Below are positions 29,505 through 39,656 of a DNA stretch of 64,000 nucleotides, piece after piece. The DNA is from Rhodospirillales bacterium (GTDB lineage: Bacteria > Pseudomonadota > Alphaproteobacteria > Bin95). Position 1 is the first letter of the stretch. Every line of letters starts with the position of its first letter. The DNA lies in NCBI GenBank assembly GCA_038143065.1, contig JAYQLI010000035.1, positions 2,048,894 through 2,112,893 of the forward strand, in the 5' to 3' direction. Under the pieces are notes generated by a model. It had not been told where the DNA came from. It was given only the letters and a program-made list of their open reading frames with translations, and ran no database searches. Made by a program: the position numbers and the translations under genes.

Positions 29505-31822
29505 ATTTTTTCAACGAAGCTCGCAATTACTGTTTTGGTACCAGCTTGTTCAAAATTGATCTCAAGCCTGTCTGCGTTCATATCTTCGATCCGACCATAA
29601 CCAAACTTCTGGTGAAAAATTCTTTCGCCAATGGCAAACAGCTGAATGCCCGCTTCCTGAGCTTTAACTTCGGAGCTTACGCCTTCGATAATTTCTGTTC
29701 GTCGCCCAGATGCATTTTGGCCCATCGTCTGGGTTCTCGCGGATACGTAGCCACCATGTGTATCCCCATAACCGTCAAACGTATAACCTGAAGAACCATA
29801 AGGAAGCCCGCTAGAGTGATCGGCATGGTCTGAGCGAAGGTGTTCTTTAGGCAACTCATCTATAAACCTGGACGGTAATGAAGACACCCATTGATTATAT
29901 ACTCGTCTATTGGCGGCAGCAGAAATGATCGCGCACTTTTTTGCGCGCGTTAAACCTACGTACGCGAGGCGCCTCTCCTCTTCCAGGCCAGCTAGGCCGC
30001 TTTCGTCAATAGCCCGCTGGTTAGGAAACATGCCGTCCTCCCAGCCAGGAAGAAAGACAATGTCAAATTCTAGGCCTTTAGCAGCATGGAGTGTCATTAT
30101 GCTTATTAAATCATCTCCAGCGTCTGCATCAATTTCCATTACAAGGCTCACGTGTTCAAGAAACCCTTGGAGATTTTCGAAATCACTGATGGCGCGAACT
30201 AATTCTTTGAGGTTTTCTAGTCTACCGGCGGCTTCTGGTGATTTATCGTTACGCCACATGTCTACATAGCCGGATTCATCCAAAATGGTTTCTACTACTT
30301 CGAGATGTTCAACACCTTGCTCAATAAGGCGCCAACGATCAAAAGCTTGGATCAAATCAGACAATGTTTTGCGAGTTTTCGGTCTCAGACTTTCGGCAGC
30401 AGCTAGCTTCCTGCACGCCTCAAACAGCGATAATCTTTCCTCCCGTGCCAAGTTATGGGCGGCTTGGATAGTTGCAGCACCCAAGCCACGTTTAGGGGTG
30501 TTGATTATGCGCTCGAAAGCCAAATCATCATCTGGTGATATTGTGACTCTTAAGTAAGCAATAGCATCACGAATTTCCAAGCGTTCGTAAAATCTTGGAC
30601 CACCAATCACACGATATGGAAGGCCTAAGGTCACAAACCGCTCTTCGAATGCGCGCGACTGGAAGCTTGCGCGAACTAGAATGGCTATTTCCGAGAGAGA
30701 AGCTTGGTTTCGCTGAAAGTTCTCTATCTCTTCACCTACTATCCTTGCTTCTTCATCTCCATCCCAAACCAAATTTAGATGTACGGGTTCACCCATATCT
30801 GCTTCGGTCCACAAAGTTTTTCCAAGTCTGGTTTCATTGTTCGAGATTAAGCCGGAGGCAGCTCCTAAAATGTGTCCAGTCGAACGATAATTTCGCTCAA
30901 GACGAACGACTTGTGCCCCAGGGAAGTCCTTTTCGAAGCGGAGAATATTTCCAACTTCGGCACCTCGCCAGCCATAAATGGATTGATCATCATCGCCGAC
31001 ACAGCAGATGTTCTTGTGTTCTTGGGCTAATAGGCGAAGCCAAAGATACTGGGCAACATTGGTATCCTGATATTCATCGACAAGGACGTATTTAAAACGT
31101 TGTCGCCATTCCCTCAGAATTTCGGGTTCTGACTGAAAAATAGAGCACACGTGCAGAGTGAGATCCCCAAAATCAGCGGCATTTAACGTTTTTAGGCGCT
31201 CTTGGTACTCGGCATAGAGATGGATGGCCCGCCCTCCTGCAAAATCTCCAGCGTCTCCGTTGCTAATTTTTGAAGGTGTCTCTGCTCTGTCCTTCCAGCG
31301 CTGAATTCGTGCCATCAAAGCACGAGGAGGCCAGCGTGCTGTGTCGATATTTTCGGCCTGCATAAGTTGTTTTAGTAGCCGGAGCTGGTCATCGCTATCC
31401 AGAATAGTGAAGTTAGATTTGAGGCCAACCACCTCAGCGTGACGGCGCAGCATTCGGGTAGCAAGAGCATGAAAGGTACCTAACCACATCCCCTCTGCGA
31501 CCCCACCGATCAATTCGGTTACACGGTCCTTCATTTCTCGTGCAGCTTTATTTGTGAAGGTGACGGCAAGAATTTGTCTTGGCCAAGCTTTCCCTTCAAC
31601 CAAAAGATGCGCAATCCTGGTGGTTAATGCTTTCGTTTTCCCGGTACCAGCTCCAGCAAGCATTAGGAGCGGCCCATCGAGAGTTTCGACTGCTAACCTC
31701 TGTTCTTCATTCAACGCGTTAAGATATGGAGGAGGCAAGCCAGGTCTATGACCTGAAACCGGTTGCATAGGGCTTGGTCGGTCAGCCCCATCATCGAATG
31801 GATTAATGAATTCTGAAGACAT
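29501..31822 (-). CDS. uvrD: UvrD/PcrA ATP-dependent DNA helicase
   Basis: AGAGTGKT, TFTNKAA, VDEYQD, GDDDQSIYGWRGA, TLHAAKGLEF, EERRLAYVGLTRA. Confidence 0.96.
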   Translation of the reverse strand: MSSEFINPFDDGADRPSPMQPVSGHRPGLPPPYLNALNEEQRLAVETLDGPLLMLAGAGTGKTKALTTRIAHLLVEGKAWPRQILAVTFTNKAAREMKDRVTELIGGVAEGMWLGTFHALATRMLRRHAEVVGLKSNFTILDSDDQLRLLKQLMQAENIDTARWPPRALMARIQRWKDRAETPSKISNGDAGDFAGGRAIHLYAEYQERLKTLNAADFGDLTLHVCSIFQSEPEILREWRQRFKYVLVDEYQDTNVAQYLWLRLLAQEHKNICCVGDDDQSIYGWRGAEVGNILRFEKDFPGAQVVRLERNYRSTGHILGAASGLISNNETRLGKTLWTEADMGEPVHLNLVWDGDEEARIVGEEIENFQRNQASLSEIAILVRASFQSRAFEERFVTLGLPYRVIGGPRFYERLEIRDAIAYLRVTISPDDDLAFERIINTPKRGLGAATIQAAHNLAREERLSLFEACRKLAAAESLRPKTRKTLSDLIQAFDRWRLIEQGVEHLEVVETILDESGYVDMWRNDKSPEAAGRLENLKELVRAISDFENLQGFLEHVSLVMEIDADAGDDLISIMTLHAAKGLEFDIVFLPGWEDGMFPNQRAIDESGLAGLEEERRLAYVGLTRAKKCAIISAAANRRVYNQWVSSLPSRFIDELPKEHLRSDHADHSSGLPYGSSGYTFDGYGDTHGGYVSARTQTMGQNASGRRTEIIEGVSSEVKAQEAGIQLFAIGERIFHQKFGYGRIEDMNADRLEINFEQAGTKTVIASFVEKI

Positions 31823-32159
31823 GAAGCGATATATAGCGTGAATCAGAAGGGAGTGCTTGTGGATTGCAGAAAGATTGTGGCGGTAGGAGGAAGTAAAACA
31901 AAAATTGAATTTTAAACCTAGCGAAAGTTTATAACTGTTTAGTTAACCGAAGCTTAAAAAACATCTGGTAGAACAATGTAGGCCTTAAGAGAGAGCACAG
32001 GCTGCAACAGCGCCAAGCAGACACATTGATATAAAAATGATCATGTGGGGCATAGAAATATTTCATCCAAGCAAAGGACTTACACAGTAGGCTTTTAATT
32101 GTGCTAGCATTCTACATCCAATGTTTCGATAGGTGAAAATTTATTCAGGAGCCGTTGTC

Positions 32160-33812
32160 ATGAGTGGGTATAATGTTGGGGATTTAGTTGCGGAATTTTT
32201 ACAACAAGTGGGCGTTGACACAGTTTTTGGTGTGGTTTCCGTGCATAATATCCCAATGTTGGATGCGATTGGCCGGCGGAATGCGGTGCGTGTGATTGGC
32301 GCGCGCGGTGAGATGGGTGCAGGGCACATGGCTGATGCATACGCACGGGCGCGCGGTGGTTTGGGCGCCTTTTTCACCTCAACGGGACCCGGTGCTGCGA
32401 ATGCCCCCGGCGCGCTTGTAGAAGCACGGTTCGCTTCTTCACCTATATTACATTTCACCGGACAAACGGCGACCGCTAACCTTGATAAGGAACAAGGTGC
32501 GGTGCATGACGTCATGGACCAACTTGGGATGCTTAAAGCTACATCTAAGGCGGCATTCCGCATTAGAGCGCCAGAGATGGCTCTCGGTGTTTTAATGAAG
32601 GCAGCCACAGAAGCTTTAAGCCATCCAATGGGGCCTGTGTCCATCGAAATTCCTATCGATGTGCAGCGTGCCCAAATCAGTCGGCCAACTATGCTTGATA
32701 ACCTTAAGATAGAAACTCCAAAAGGAGATGCTGGTGATCCTGATAGTTTGGATGTTCTTGCTGAAATGGCATCACAAGCAAAACGCCCTCTCATATGGTG
32801 TGGTACTGGAGCTCGACACGCCAGAGAAGCTGTACTTCGCTTAACAGAAATGGGTTTTGGTGTCGTAACGTCTGTTAATGGCAGAGCAGTCATACCAGAA
32901 ACGCACCCAATGACCTTGGGAGCGTTCCAAGCAACCCCTGAAGTTGAAAACCTCTATCAAACAGTAGACTTCATGCTAATTGCAGGTGGACGATTAAGAG
33001 GACACGAAACAAGAGATCTAGCTCTTAAGCTGCCGGAGACGCGCGCCCAAATTGATGTAGATCCAGCAGCTTGTGGACGTACATACAGTGTTGAACATTT
33101 TCATGTGGGTGATGCATCCGAAGCACTATCTGCACTGGCCGATCGATTGGAAGGACGAATGAAAGTTGCACCAGACTGGGCGCAAGACCTTTCTACTTGT
33201 CTGAAAGAAACTCGGCATAACTACAGGAAGCAGCTAGGCCCTTATGCTGATTTTCCAGAGATTTTCCGAGATGCCATGCCATCAGATGCTATTTGGGCTC
33301 GCGATGTCACAATGAACAACACCACTTGGGGCAACAGGTGCTTGCAGCTGGAAAATCCAAGCCAGAATATTTATCCGGTTGGTGCTGCCATTGGACCAGG
33401 GTTTCAATTTGGAATTGGTGCGGCTTTCGGTGCGAATGGGCGAAAGACAGTAGCAATAACTGGTGATGGTGGCTTTTATTTAAATATGACGGAGTTATGG
33501 ACTGCGGCACAGGAAAAGCCGGATGTAGCTATAGTCATTTTTAACGATGCAGGGTACGGCGTTATTAAGGATATTCAAGACGCCCTTTATGGAGAACGAC
33601 ACTATTTTGCAGACCCAATCGGACCAGATCTTGAGGGGCTCGCGAAGTTGGCGGGTCTTCCATACTTCCGAGTGTCTTCAGTTAACGAGATGGGCCCACA
33701 GTTGAAGGCAGCTATCGCCACTGAAGGTCCTTCTTTAGTAGAAGTTGAAATGACAAAAATTGGGAAACTGCCCAGATATTATCAGCCGCCACCCTATGCG
33801 GTTAAGAAATAA
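32160..33812 (+). CDS. Thiamine pyrophosphate-dependent enzyme (acetolactate synthase-like family)
   Basis: STGPGAAN, TPP motif GDGGF...NDAGYG; AGGAG RBS before ATG 32160. Confidence 0.9.
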   Translation: MSGYNVGDLVAEFLQQVGVDTVFGVVSVHNIPMLDAIGRRNAVRVIGARGEMGAGHMADAYARARGGLGAFFTSTGPGAANAPGALVEARFASSPILHFTGQTATANLDKEQGAVHDVMDQLGMLKATSKAAFRIRAPEMALGVLMKAATEALSHPMGPVSIEIPIDVQRAQISRPTMLDNLKIETPKGDAGDPDSLDVLAEMASQAKRPLIWCGTGARHAREAVLRLTEMGFGVVTSVNGRAVIPETHPMTLGAFQATPEVENLYQTVDFMLIAGGRLRGHETRDLALKLPETRAQIDVDPAACGRTYSVEHFHVGDASEALSALADRLEGRMKVAPDWAQDLSTCLKETRHNYRKQLGPYADFPEIFRDAMPSDAIWARDVTMNNTTWGNRCLQLENPSQNIYPVGAAIGPGFQFGIGAAFGANGRKTVAITGDGGFYLNMTELWTAAQEKPDVAIVIFNDAGYGVIKDIQDALYGERHYFADPIGPDLEGLAKLAGLPYFRVSSVNEMGPQLKAAIATEGPSLVEVEMTKIGKLPRYYQPPPYAVKK

Positions 33813-33882
33813 GCTATTTTCTCGGGGTAATGGAAGGATCAGAGTTAGGGAAACCTATCGCGTTTATTTTTAGCTAATTTCC

Positions 33883-34956
33883 TTATTGTGCTTTGTTCCA
33901 GTGTCCCATTTTGCGGCCTGTTCGCGCTTCAGCTTTCCCGTATAGATGAAGATGAACGTTTGGGTCGGCTAGCAATTTAGGCCATTCATTTACCTCGTCT
34001 CCTAAGATGTTTGTCATTTCTGCTGGTCGTAGGATTTGTGTTGAACCTAAGGGCAAACCCATTGCGCAACGCACCAGTTGCTCAAATTGGCAGGTTGCCG
34101 CGAAATCCATGGTCCAATGGCCCGAATTGTGAGGTCGAGGGGCCATCTCATTCACGATAAGCTGGTGATCGTCCGTAACAAACATTTCGATTGCTAAAAG
34201 GCCTACCATATCGAGCCCCTTGATGGCCTGGGATGCTAGATACTCTGCCTCTTCCGCTAATTTTCCAAGTTCTGCAGCTGGCGCAATGGTTTGTCGAAGT
34301 ATGTGGTTTTCGTGCCTATTCTCTACAGCTGGATAGGATTTGATCTTTCCCATGATATCACGGGCAGTAATTACTGAAATTTCTCTGGTAAAGTTTACAA
34401 ATCCCTCCGCTATGGAGGGCGATTGTCCTAATTCAGCCCAAGCGGATTTTACGTCAGAAGAACTTGTAATCTTGACTTGACCTTTTCCATCATAACCAAA
34501 GCGTCTGGTTTTCAGGATGATCGGAGATCCAAACACCTCTAATGCCTTCGATATATCTTCTGGACCATCAACGGCTTGGAAAGGTGCAGCTTTAAAACCA
34601 ACGCTTTCTAAATATTTCTTTTCTACTAAGCGATCTTGGGCGGTTGCAAGAGCCCGAGAATTCGGTCGGGCAGGCTTCAGCTCGGCGAGTAGAGTTAGAG
34701 CTGCCTCTGGAACGTTTTCAAATTCCACTGTGATGGAGTCAACGTTAGCCGCAAAGGCCTCTAGCGCTTGCTGATCATTATAATCCGCACAGGTAAAGCG
34801 CCAGGCAACATTGGATGCAGGGGAATCTTTTTCTGGAGCGAAGATATGGGCACGGTAGCCTAAATTGGCAGCTGCAAGTGCTGTCATTCTGCCTAATTGC
34901 CCACCGCCGAGAATGCCGAGAATGCTGCCAGGAGGGATCATTTGTTGTACCATCAA
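33883..34956 (-). CDS. purK: N5-carboxyaminoimidazole ribonucleotide synthase
   Basis: [32 protein letters not shown]. Confidence 0.96.
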   Translation of the reverse strand: MMVQQMIPPGSILGILGGGQLGRMTALAAANLGYRAHIFAPEKDSPASNVAWRFTCADYNDQQALEAFAANVDSITVEFENVPEAALTLLAELKPARPNSRALATAQDRLVEKKYLESVGFKAAPFQAVDGPEDISKALEVFGSPIILKTRRFGYDGKGQVKITSSSDVKSAWAELGQSPSIAEGFVNFTREISVITARDIMGKIKSYPAVENRHENHILRQTIAPAAELGKLAEEAEYLASQAIKGLDMVGLLAIEMFVTDDHQLIVNEMAPRPHNSGHWTMDFAATCQFEQLVRCAMGLPLGSTQILRPAEMTNILGDEVNEWPKLLADPNVHLHLYGKAEARTGRKMGHWNKAQ

Positions 34957-35465
34957 TCTTCTGGCGCCTCAGGCACGTCTTTCGTTTGTTTGGCCCGCCA
35001 GATAGATAAACGCTCAGCAATCCCTGAATCTGTCAGAGCTAGTATAGCGGCGGCAAAAAGGCCAGCATTGGTAGCGCCGGACTCACCTATTGCAAAGGTA
35101 GCCGTTGGAACGCCGGCTGGCATTTGTACAATTGACAGTAAACTATCAACCCCGTTCAGCATCCTGCTAGGGGCTGGCACGCCCAGTACTGGAAGGTCGG
35201 TCATTGCCGCTGCCATGCCGGGAAGATGAGCTGCGCCTCCAGCGCAGGCGATTATTACCTGCAAACCGCGTTCTTGGGCGGAATGGGCATACTCATACAG
35301 TCGATCAGGTGTTCTGTGCGCAGAAACCACTTTCGATTCATGCGGTATATCTAATGTTTGAAGAATTAAAGCTGCTTTACCGATTATTGGCCAATCGCTG
35401 CGACTGCCCATTATGATTCCCACTTTCGGATTCTTTTGCTCAGGCACTAGGGGCTTCTCCCACAT
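34953..35465 (-). CDS. purE: N5-CAIR mutase
   Basis: [33 protein letters not shown]. Confidence 0.97.
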   Translation of the reverse strand: MWEKPLVPEQKNPKVGIIMGSRSDWPIIGKAALILQTLDIPHESKVVSAHRTPDRLYEYAHSAQERGLQVIIACAGGAAHLPGMAAAMTDLPVLGVPAPSRMLNGVDSLLSIVQMPAGVPTATFAIGESGATNAGLFAAAILALTDSGIAERLSIWRAKQTKDVPEAPED

Positions 35466-35552
35466 AGGGTCACCGAAAGCGCGTCAGTATATGGTTCAAC
35501 CAAACGACCGCAAGCCCAAACGGTGGTACCTTAATTTTGAAATTATTTAAAC

Positions 35553-35792
35553 TTAGGCGATGATGTCTGGCTTTTCGCCTGCCTCTAGTCGATCTATAAA
35601 TTCTTTAAGTTTGAGTTTGCGTTTCTTCAATCTTTGAACCTGTAGCTGATCAAAATGTGCCTGTTCACCCAGGGTTGCGATAGCATAATCGAGATCCCGA
35701 TGCTCTGCCTTCAGGTTCTCAAGCTTTGCAAGGATTTCTGTGTTTTCTGAAGTTTCACTCACGAAACTCTTCTCCCCGTCTCGCAAGCCCAT
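35553..35792 (-). CDS. YdcH/DUF465 family protein
   Basis: EHRDLD, QRLKKRKLKLK, C-terminal PDIIA; usual position upstream of purE. Confidence 0.88.
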   Translation of the reverse strand: MGLRDGEKSFVSETSENTEILAKLENLKAEHRDLDYAIATLGEQAHFDQLQVQRLKKRKLKLKEFIDRLEAGEKPDIIA

Positions 35793-35884
35793 AATCCGAC
35801 TACAATGGGATTACTAGAATCTCTCGGTACTAAGGCTAAACTATACACTGTTTTATCCAAACTACCCATGGAAACCCCTGAGCT

Positions 35885-36358
35885 GTGAAAGAAAATTCAG
35901 AAACAGATGGAGCAGCTTTTTGGGAACATGCACTGAATTTTTACAATCAACCCGGGGCAAAGGAAGTATTGCTTGACTACCAAGATAGACTTGAAGTGGA
36001 TGTTATGGCGTCACTTTGGGCTTTGTCAGCTGCGGTCGAGGGGCGGTCTTTAAACGCAGGAGATGTTAATGAATTCTTTGAATTAACAAACAAAGCCCGA
36101 ATGGAGGCTTCCCGGCTTCGTAAACTTCGGAGGAAGGCCAAGTCTGATGATTGTCCAGAATACCAGCGCCTCCAAATACAGGAGTTGGCAGCGGAGCGAG
36201 CCGTTGCTTCATCAGCACCTCCAATCAATTCTGTAGGGAAGGCGGATATTTTTGAAGAAAATCTTGGATTTAGAAATTTAAAGCTAACGCTTGCGATAAG
36301 TGCTCCAAAAGTTACCCACGCTGAAATTTGGAAGTTAACTAAGATCATTATCGGCTAG
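35885..36358 (+). CDS. TIGR02444/DUF2390-like protein
   Basis: FWEHALNFY...LDYQD...VDV N-terminal pattern, ELAAER; divergent from DUF465. Confidence 0.65.
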   Translation: MKENSETDGAAFWEHALNFYNQPGAKEVLLDYQDRLEVDVMASLWALSAAVEGRSLNAGDVNEFFELTNKARMEASRLRKLRRKAKSDDCPEYQRLQIQELAAERAVASSAPPINSVGKADIFEENLGFRNLKLTLAISAPKVTHAEIWKLTKIIIG

Positions 36359-36550
36359 TGCTATTAGTAGGCGTCTAACCGATACCTGTTTTTTTAAATT
36401 TTACTGACTTCTGCTCTTTCCGTAGACCGGGTTTTATGTTTTGGGTGATGGCAACCGATGTGGTATCGAAACAAAAATTCTAATGAATATTTGGCGATGC
36501 TGCGCCGGTTAGCATTTATCTGGAAGCTGTAACATCTGAGGTCATATTTT

Positions 36551-37138
36551 ATGCTTGCCGAAAATGATAAGAAAACAAAAGCATGGCTTAAACCAGCTGC
36601 TGATTATGGCCCGCTAATTGCGTTTTTCACGGGCTATATGCTCTATGGTCATGACCTGATGATAGCCACTATTTGGTTGATGGTAGCAACCGCTGTTGCA
36701 GTGATTGTGTTGCTTGTTGTCGAGCGTCGTATCCCAGTTATGCCACTAGTAACTGCGGCCATCGTAGGTGTTTTTGGAGGGCTAACGCTCTGGCTACAAG
36801 ATGAAACCTTTATCAAAATGAAGCCCACAATTGTGCAACTTATCTTCGCGTCTATCCTCCTTGGTGGACTCGCTTTCAAAAAACTTTTGTTAAAGCCATT
36901 ATTTGGAGCCGCTTGGAAAATGAGGGATCCTGCATGGCGGTCAATAACTATTAGATATGGGATGTTTTTTATAGCAGCTGCCATACTCAATGAAATTGTA
37001 TGGAGAACGCAGTCAACTGATTTTTGGGTTAATTTCAAGTTATTTGGATTGATTGGATTGACTTTGTTATTCTCACTTTCTCAAACGCCTTTAATTCTTA
37101 GAGAGGCGAAAGCAGCAGAAGCCGAGAAAGACACTTAG
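36551..37138 (+). CDS. yciB: Intracellular septation protein A (YciB/IspZ)
   Basis: GPLIAFF, FGGLTL, FIKMKPTI, NEIVWR, WVNFKLFG. Confidence 0.92.
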   Translation: MLAENDKKTKAWLKPAADYGPLIAFFTGYMLYGHDLMIATIWLMVATAVAVIVLLVVERRIPVMPLVTAAIVGVFGGLTLWLQDETFIKMKPTIVQLIFASILLGGLAFKKLLLKPLFGAAWKMRDPAWRSITIRYGMFFIAAAILNEIVWRTQSTDFWVNFKLFGLIGLTLLFSLSQTPLILREAKAAEAEKDT

Positions 37139-37196
37139 ATCCATATGTTTCCTGGCGGTGTAAAAACGCCTCACTTCTAGAAAGAGACGCGGCCCT

Positions 37197-38863
37197 ATGC
37201 CTGAACTCGAGTTACCGAAGGACGATTTCGTCCGTGACATCATTCGTAATGATTTATCTAAAGGTTCCCACCAGGCTGTTATTACCAGGTTCCCACCAGA
37301 GCCAAACGGCTACTTGCATATTGGGCATGCTAAATCCATTTGTCTGAATTTTGGCGTTGCAAAAGAATTTGGGGCCACTGCCATTTGCGTTTTGATGACA
37401 CTAACCCCGCAAAAGAAGAGCAAGAGTTTATTGACTCGATTAAAGAAGATGTCAGCTGGCTGGGCTTCGACTGGGGTGAGAATTTGTTCCATGCCTCAGA
37501 CTACTTCGAACAGCTTTATATATGGGCTGAAAGTCTCATCAACAATGGACTGGCATATGTATGTGATTTAAGTGCTGAGGAGATGAGAGAGTATCGCGGA
37601 ACCCTGACTGAATCTGGGCGCGAGAGTCCATATCGAAATCGCTCTGTTGATGAAAATTTAAGCCTTTTTCGCAAGATGCGAGCGGGTGGTTTCCCGGAAG
37701 GCTCCAAGACGTTGCGTGCCAAAATTGATATGGCATCAGGCAATATGAACTTGCGCGACCCCGCCTTATACAGAATTAAACATGCTGCTCATCCTCGAAC
37801 AGGAAGTACGTGGAAAATTTATCCAACATATGACTATGCCCATGGCCAATCTGATGCGATTGAGGGCATTACTCACTCACTGTGTACGTTAGAGTTTGCT
37901 GACCACCGCCCCCTTTATGACTGGCTCATCGAACATTTAACGGTTCCAGCGCGTCCTCGCCAATACGAATTTGCAAGGCTAAATTTAACACACACAGTCT
38001 TATCAAAACGTGTGCTTATGCGCCTAGTCTCAGAGGGTCATGTAACAGGTTGGGATGATCCTCGGATGCCAACAATCCGTGGCATGCGTCGTCGCGGCGT
38101 CCCGCCAGAGGCTCTTAAAGATTTTATTGGAAGGCTAGCGATATCCAAAAGTGATAGCACGATTGAGATGCAGATGCTGGATCACTCAATTCGTGAACAC
38201 CTCAATGAGCACGCTGAGCGAAGGATGGCGGTTTTGAAGCCCTTAAAACTCACCATTCGTAACTGGCCAGAAGGTCAAACAGAAATGATTGAGGTGCCAA
38301 ATCACCCAGGAAGACCTGAGCTCGGCACACGAAAAATCCCATTTTCAGGGAGCCTTTGGATTGAAGTGGACGATTTTATGGAGGATCCACCGAGAAAGTT
38401 CTTCCGCCTTGGCCCTGGGCGTGAGGTGAGGCTTCGTTTTGCTTATTTAGTTACTTGTGAAGACTTCATTAAAAACGAATCCGGTGAGGTAACGGAAATA
38501 ATCTGCACTTATGATCCGGAAACTGCTGGTGGAAATGCACCTGATGGTCGAAAGGTCAAAGGAATTATCCATTGGGTATCAGCAGTTCATGCACTTGAAG
38601 CTGAAGTCTTGTTGACTAATCAGCTTTTCAAATCAGAAAATCCATCTGCTGGTGGGGATCCAATTGAAGATATCGACGCTAATTCGTTGGAAGCTATAAA
38701 AGGAGTGAAGTTAGAGCCAGAGCTAGCTTCGGCCTCGGCGGGGTATCCGGTGCAATTTGAGCGGCTTGGTTATTTCAATAGAGACCCTGCGCAATCGCAA
38801 TTAGCTTTTATTCGCACAATTGGACTGCGCGACAGTTGGGCTAAGGCCCAAACGAAGGGATAA
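37197..38863 (+). CDS. glnS: Glutamine--tRNA ligase, split by a single-base deletion in the G-run at 37371-37374
   Basis: [15 protein letters not shown] in frame 1; [38 protein letters not shown] in frame 2; adding one G gives [11 protein letters not shown]. Confidence 0.93.
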
Positions 38864-38867
38864 TCCA

Positions 38868-39653
38868 ACGTTCGAGAGCCTTACAGTTCAGCCGTTTGCC
38901 GACACCGAGAATTGGGCCTTAGCGCTTACCCTAGCCGCGTATTTTTTGGGCTTCCTGGTTCGTGGTGCTTTTGGTTTTGGGTCTAACTTACCAATAATTA
39001 TCCTTACCGCTTGGCTTCTTGGTCCGCACCATGCAGTGATTTTGGTGGTTTTGACGGGAATGATGGCGCAACTATATCTGTTCCCTCAGGGGTGCCGTAC
39101 TGCTAATTGGCCCTTAGCTTTAAAGCTAACCATAGGCATTTATCTTGGGATTGCTCTTGGCACTTATGCGTTTGTTACACTCGACCCAAAAGTTTTTACA
39201 CCAGTCCTTGGCACCTTAGTAATAATTTTGGTTGCGATGGACCGGCTTAATGCTATTCAACATCTCTCAAAATTTATTGACCTCACAAGCCGGCCTGTGA
39301 CTCTAGCCCTCTCAGTCACAGGAGGTTTTGTTGGTACTGTCTCTGGCGGGGGGGGAATTTACTTCCTTGCGCCATTCCTTCGCCATATGTGCCCTACACC
39401 AATTGGTTTTAGGTCAACTAACCTCGTGATTTCGGGAATTTTTCTAGCAGGCAGAACAACATTCATAGCGATCGCAGGCTTAATTGATTTAACGTCAACA
39501 ATAGAAGCGTTACTTTTAATGCCCGTTGCGTTTGCTGGAGGATGGGCAGGAGGGCGCTGGTTCTCACGCTTAAATTCAGACAAGTTCTTTCGTTTGCTGT
39601 CGTTTTTACTGGTAGCCGGTGCGCTCTCACTTATTTTTAGAAATTTCCTTTGA
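38868..39653 (+). CDS. Sulfite exporter TauE/SafE family membrane protein
   Basis: VRGAFGFG motif, GTVSGGGG, about 8 TM segments; best RBS-linked start is an ACG at 38868. Confidence 0.8.
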   Translation, partial: TFESLTVQPFADTENWALALTLAAYFLGFLVRGAFGFGSNLPIIILTAWLLGPHHAVILVVLTGMMAQLYLFPQGCRTANWPLALKLTIGIYLGIALGTYAFVTLDPKVFTPVLGTLVIILVAMDRLNAIQHLSKFIDLTSRPVTLALSVTGGFVGTVSGGGGIYFLAPFLRHMCPTPIGFRSTNLVISGIFLAGRTTFIAIAGLIDLTSTIEALLLMPVAFAGGWAGGRWFSRLNSDKFFRLLSFLLVAGALSLIFRNFL

Positions 39654-39656
39654 CCC

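Noticed and set aside
32141-32893. Long antisense ORFs (this one, 61470..62171, 8570..9031, 47665..48096 and similar)
   Set aside because: They lie fully opposite well-supported genes and show no motifs; these are typical shadow ORFs.
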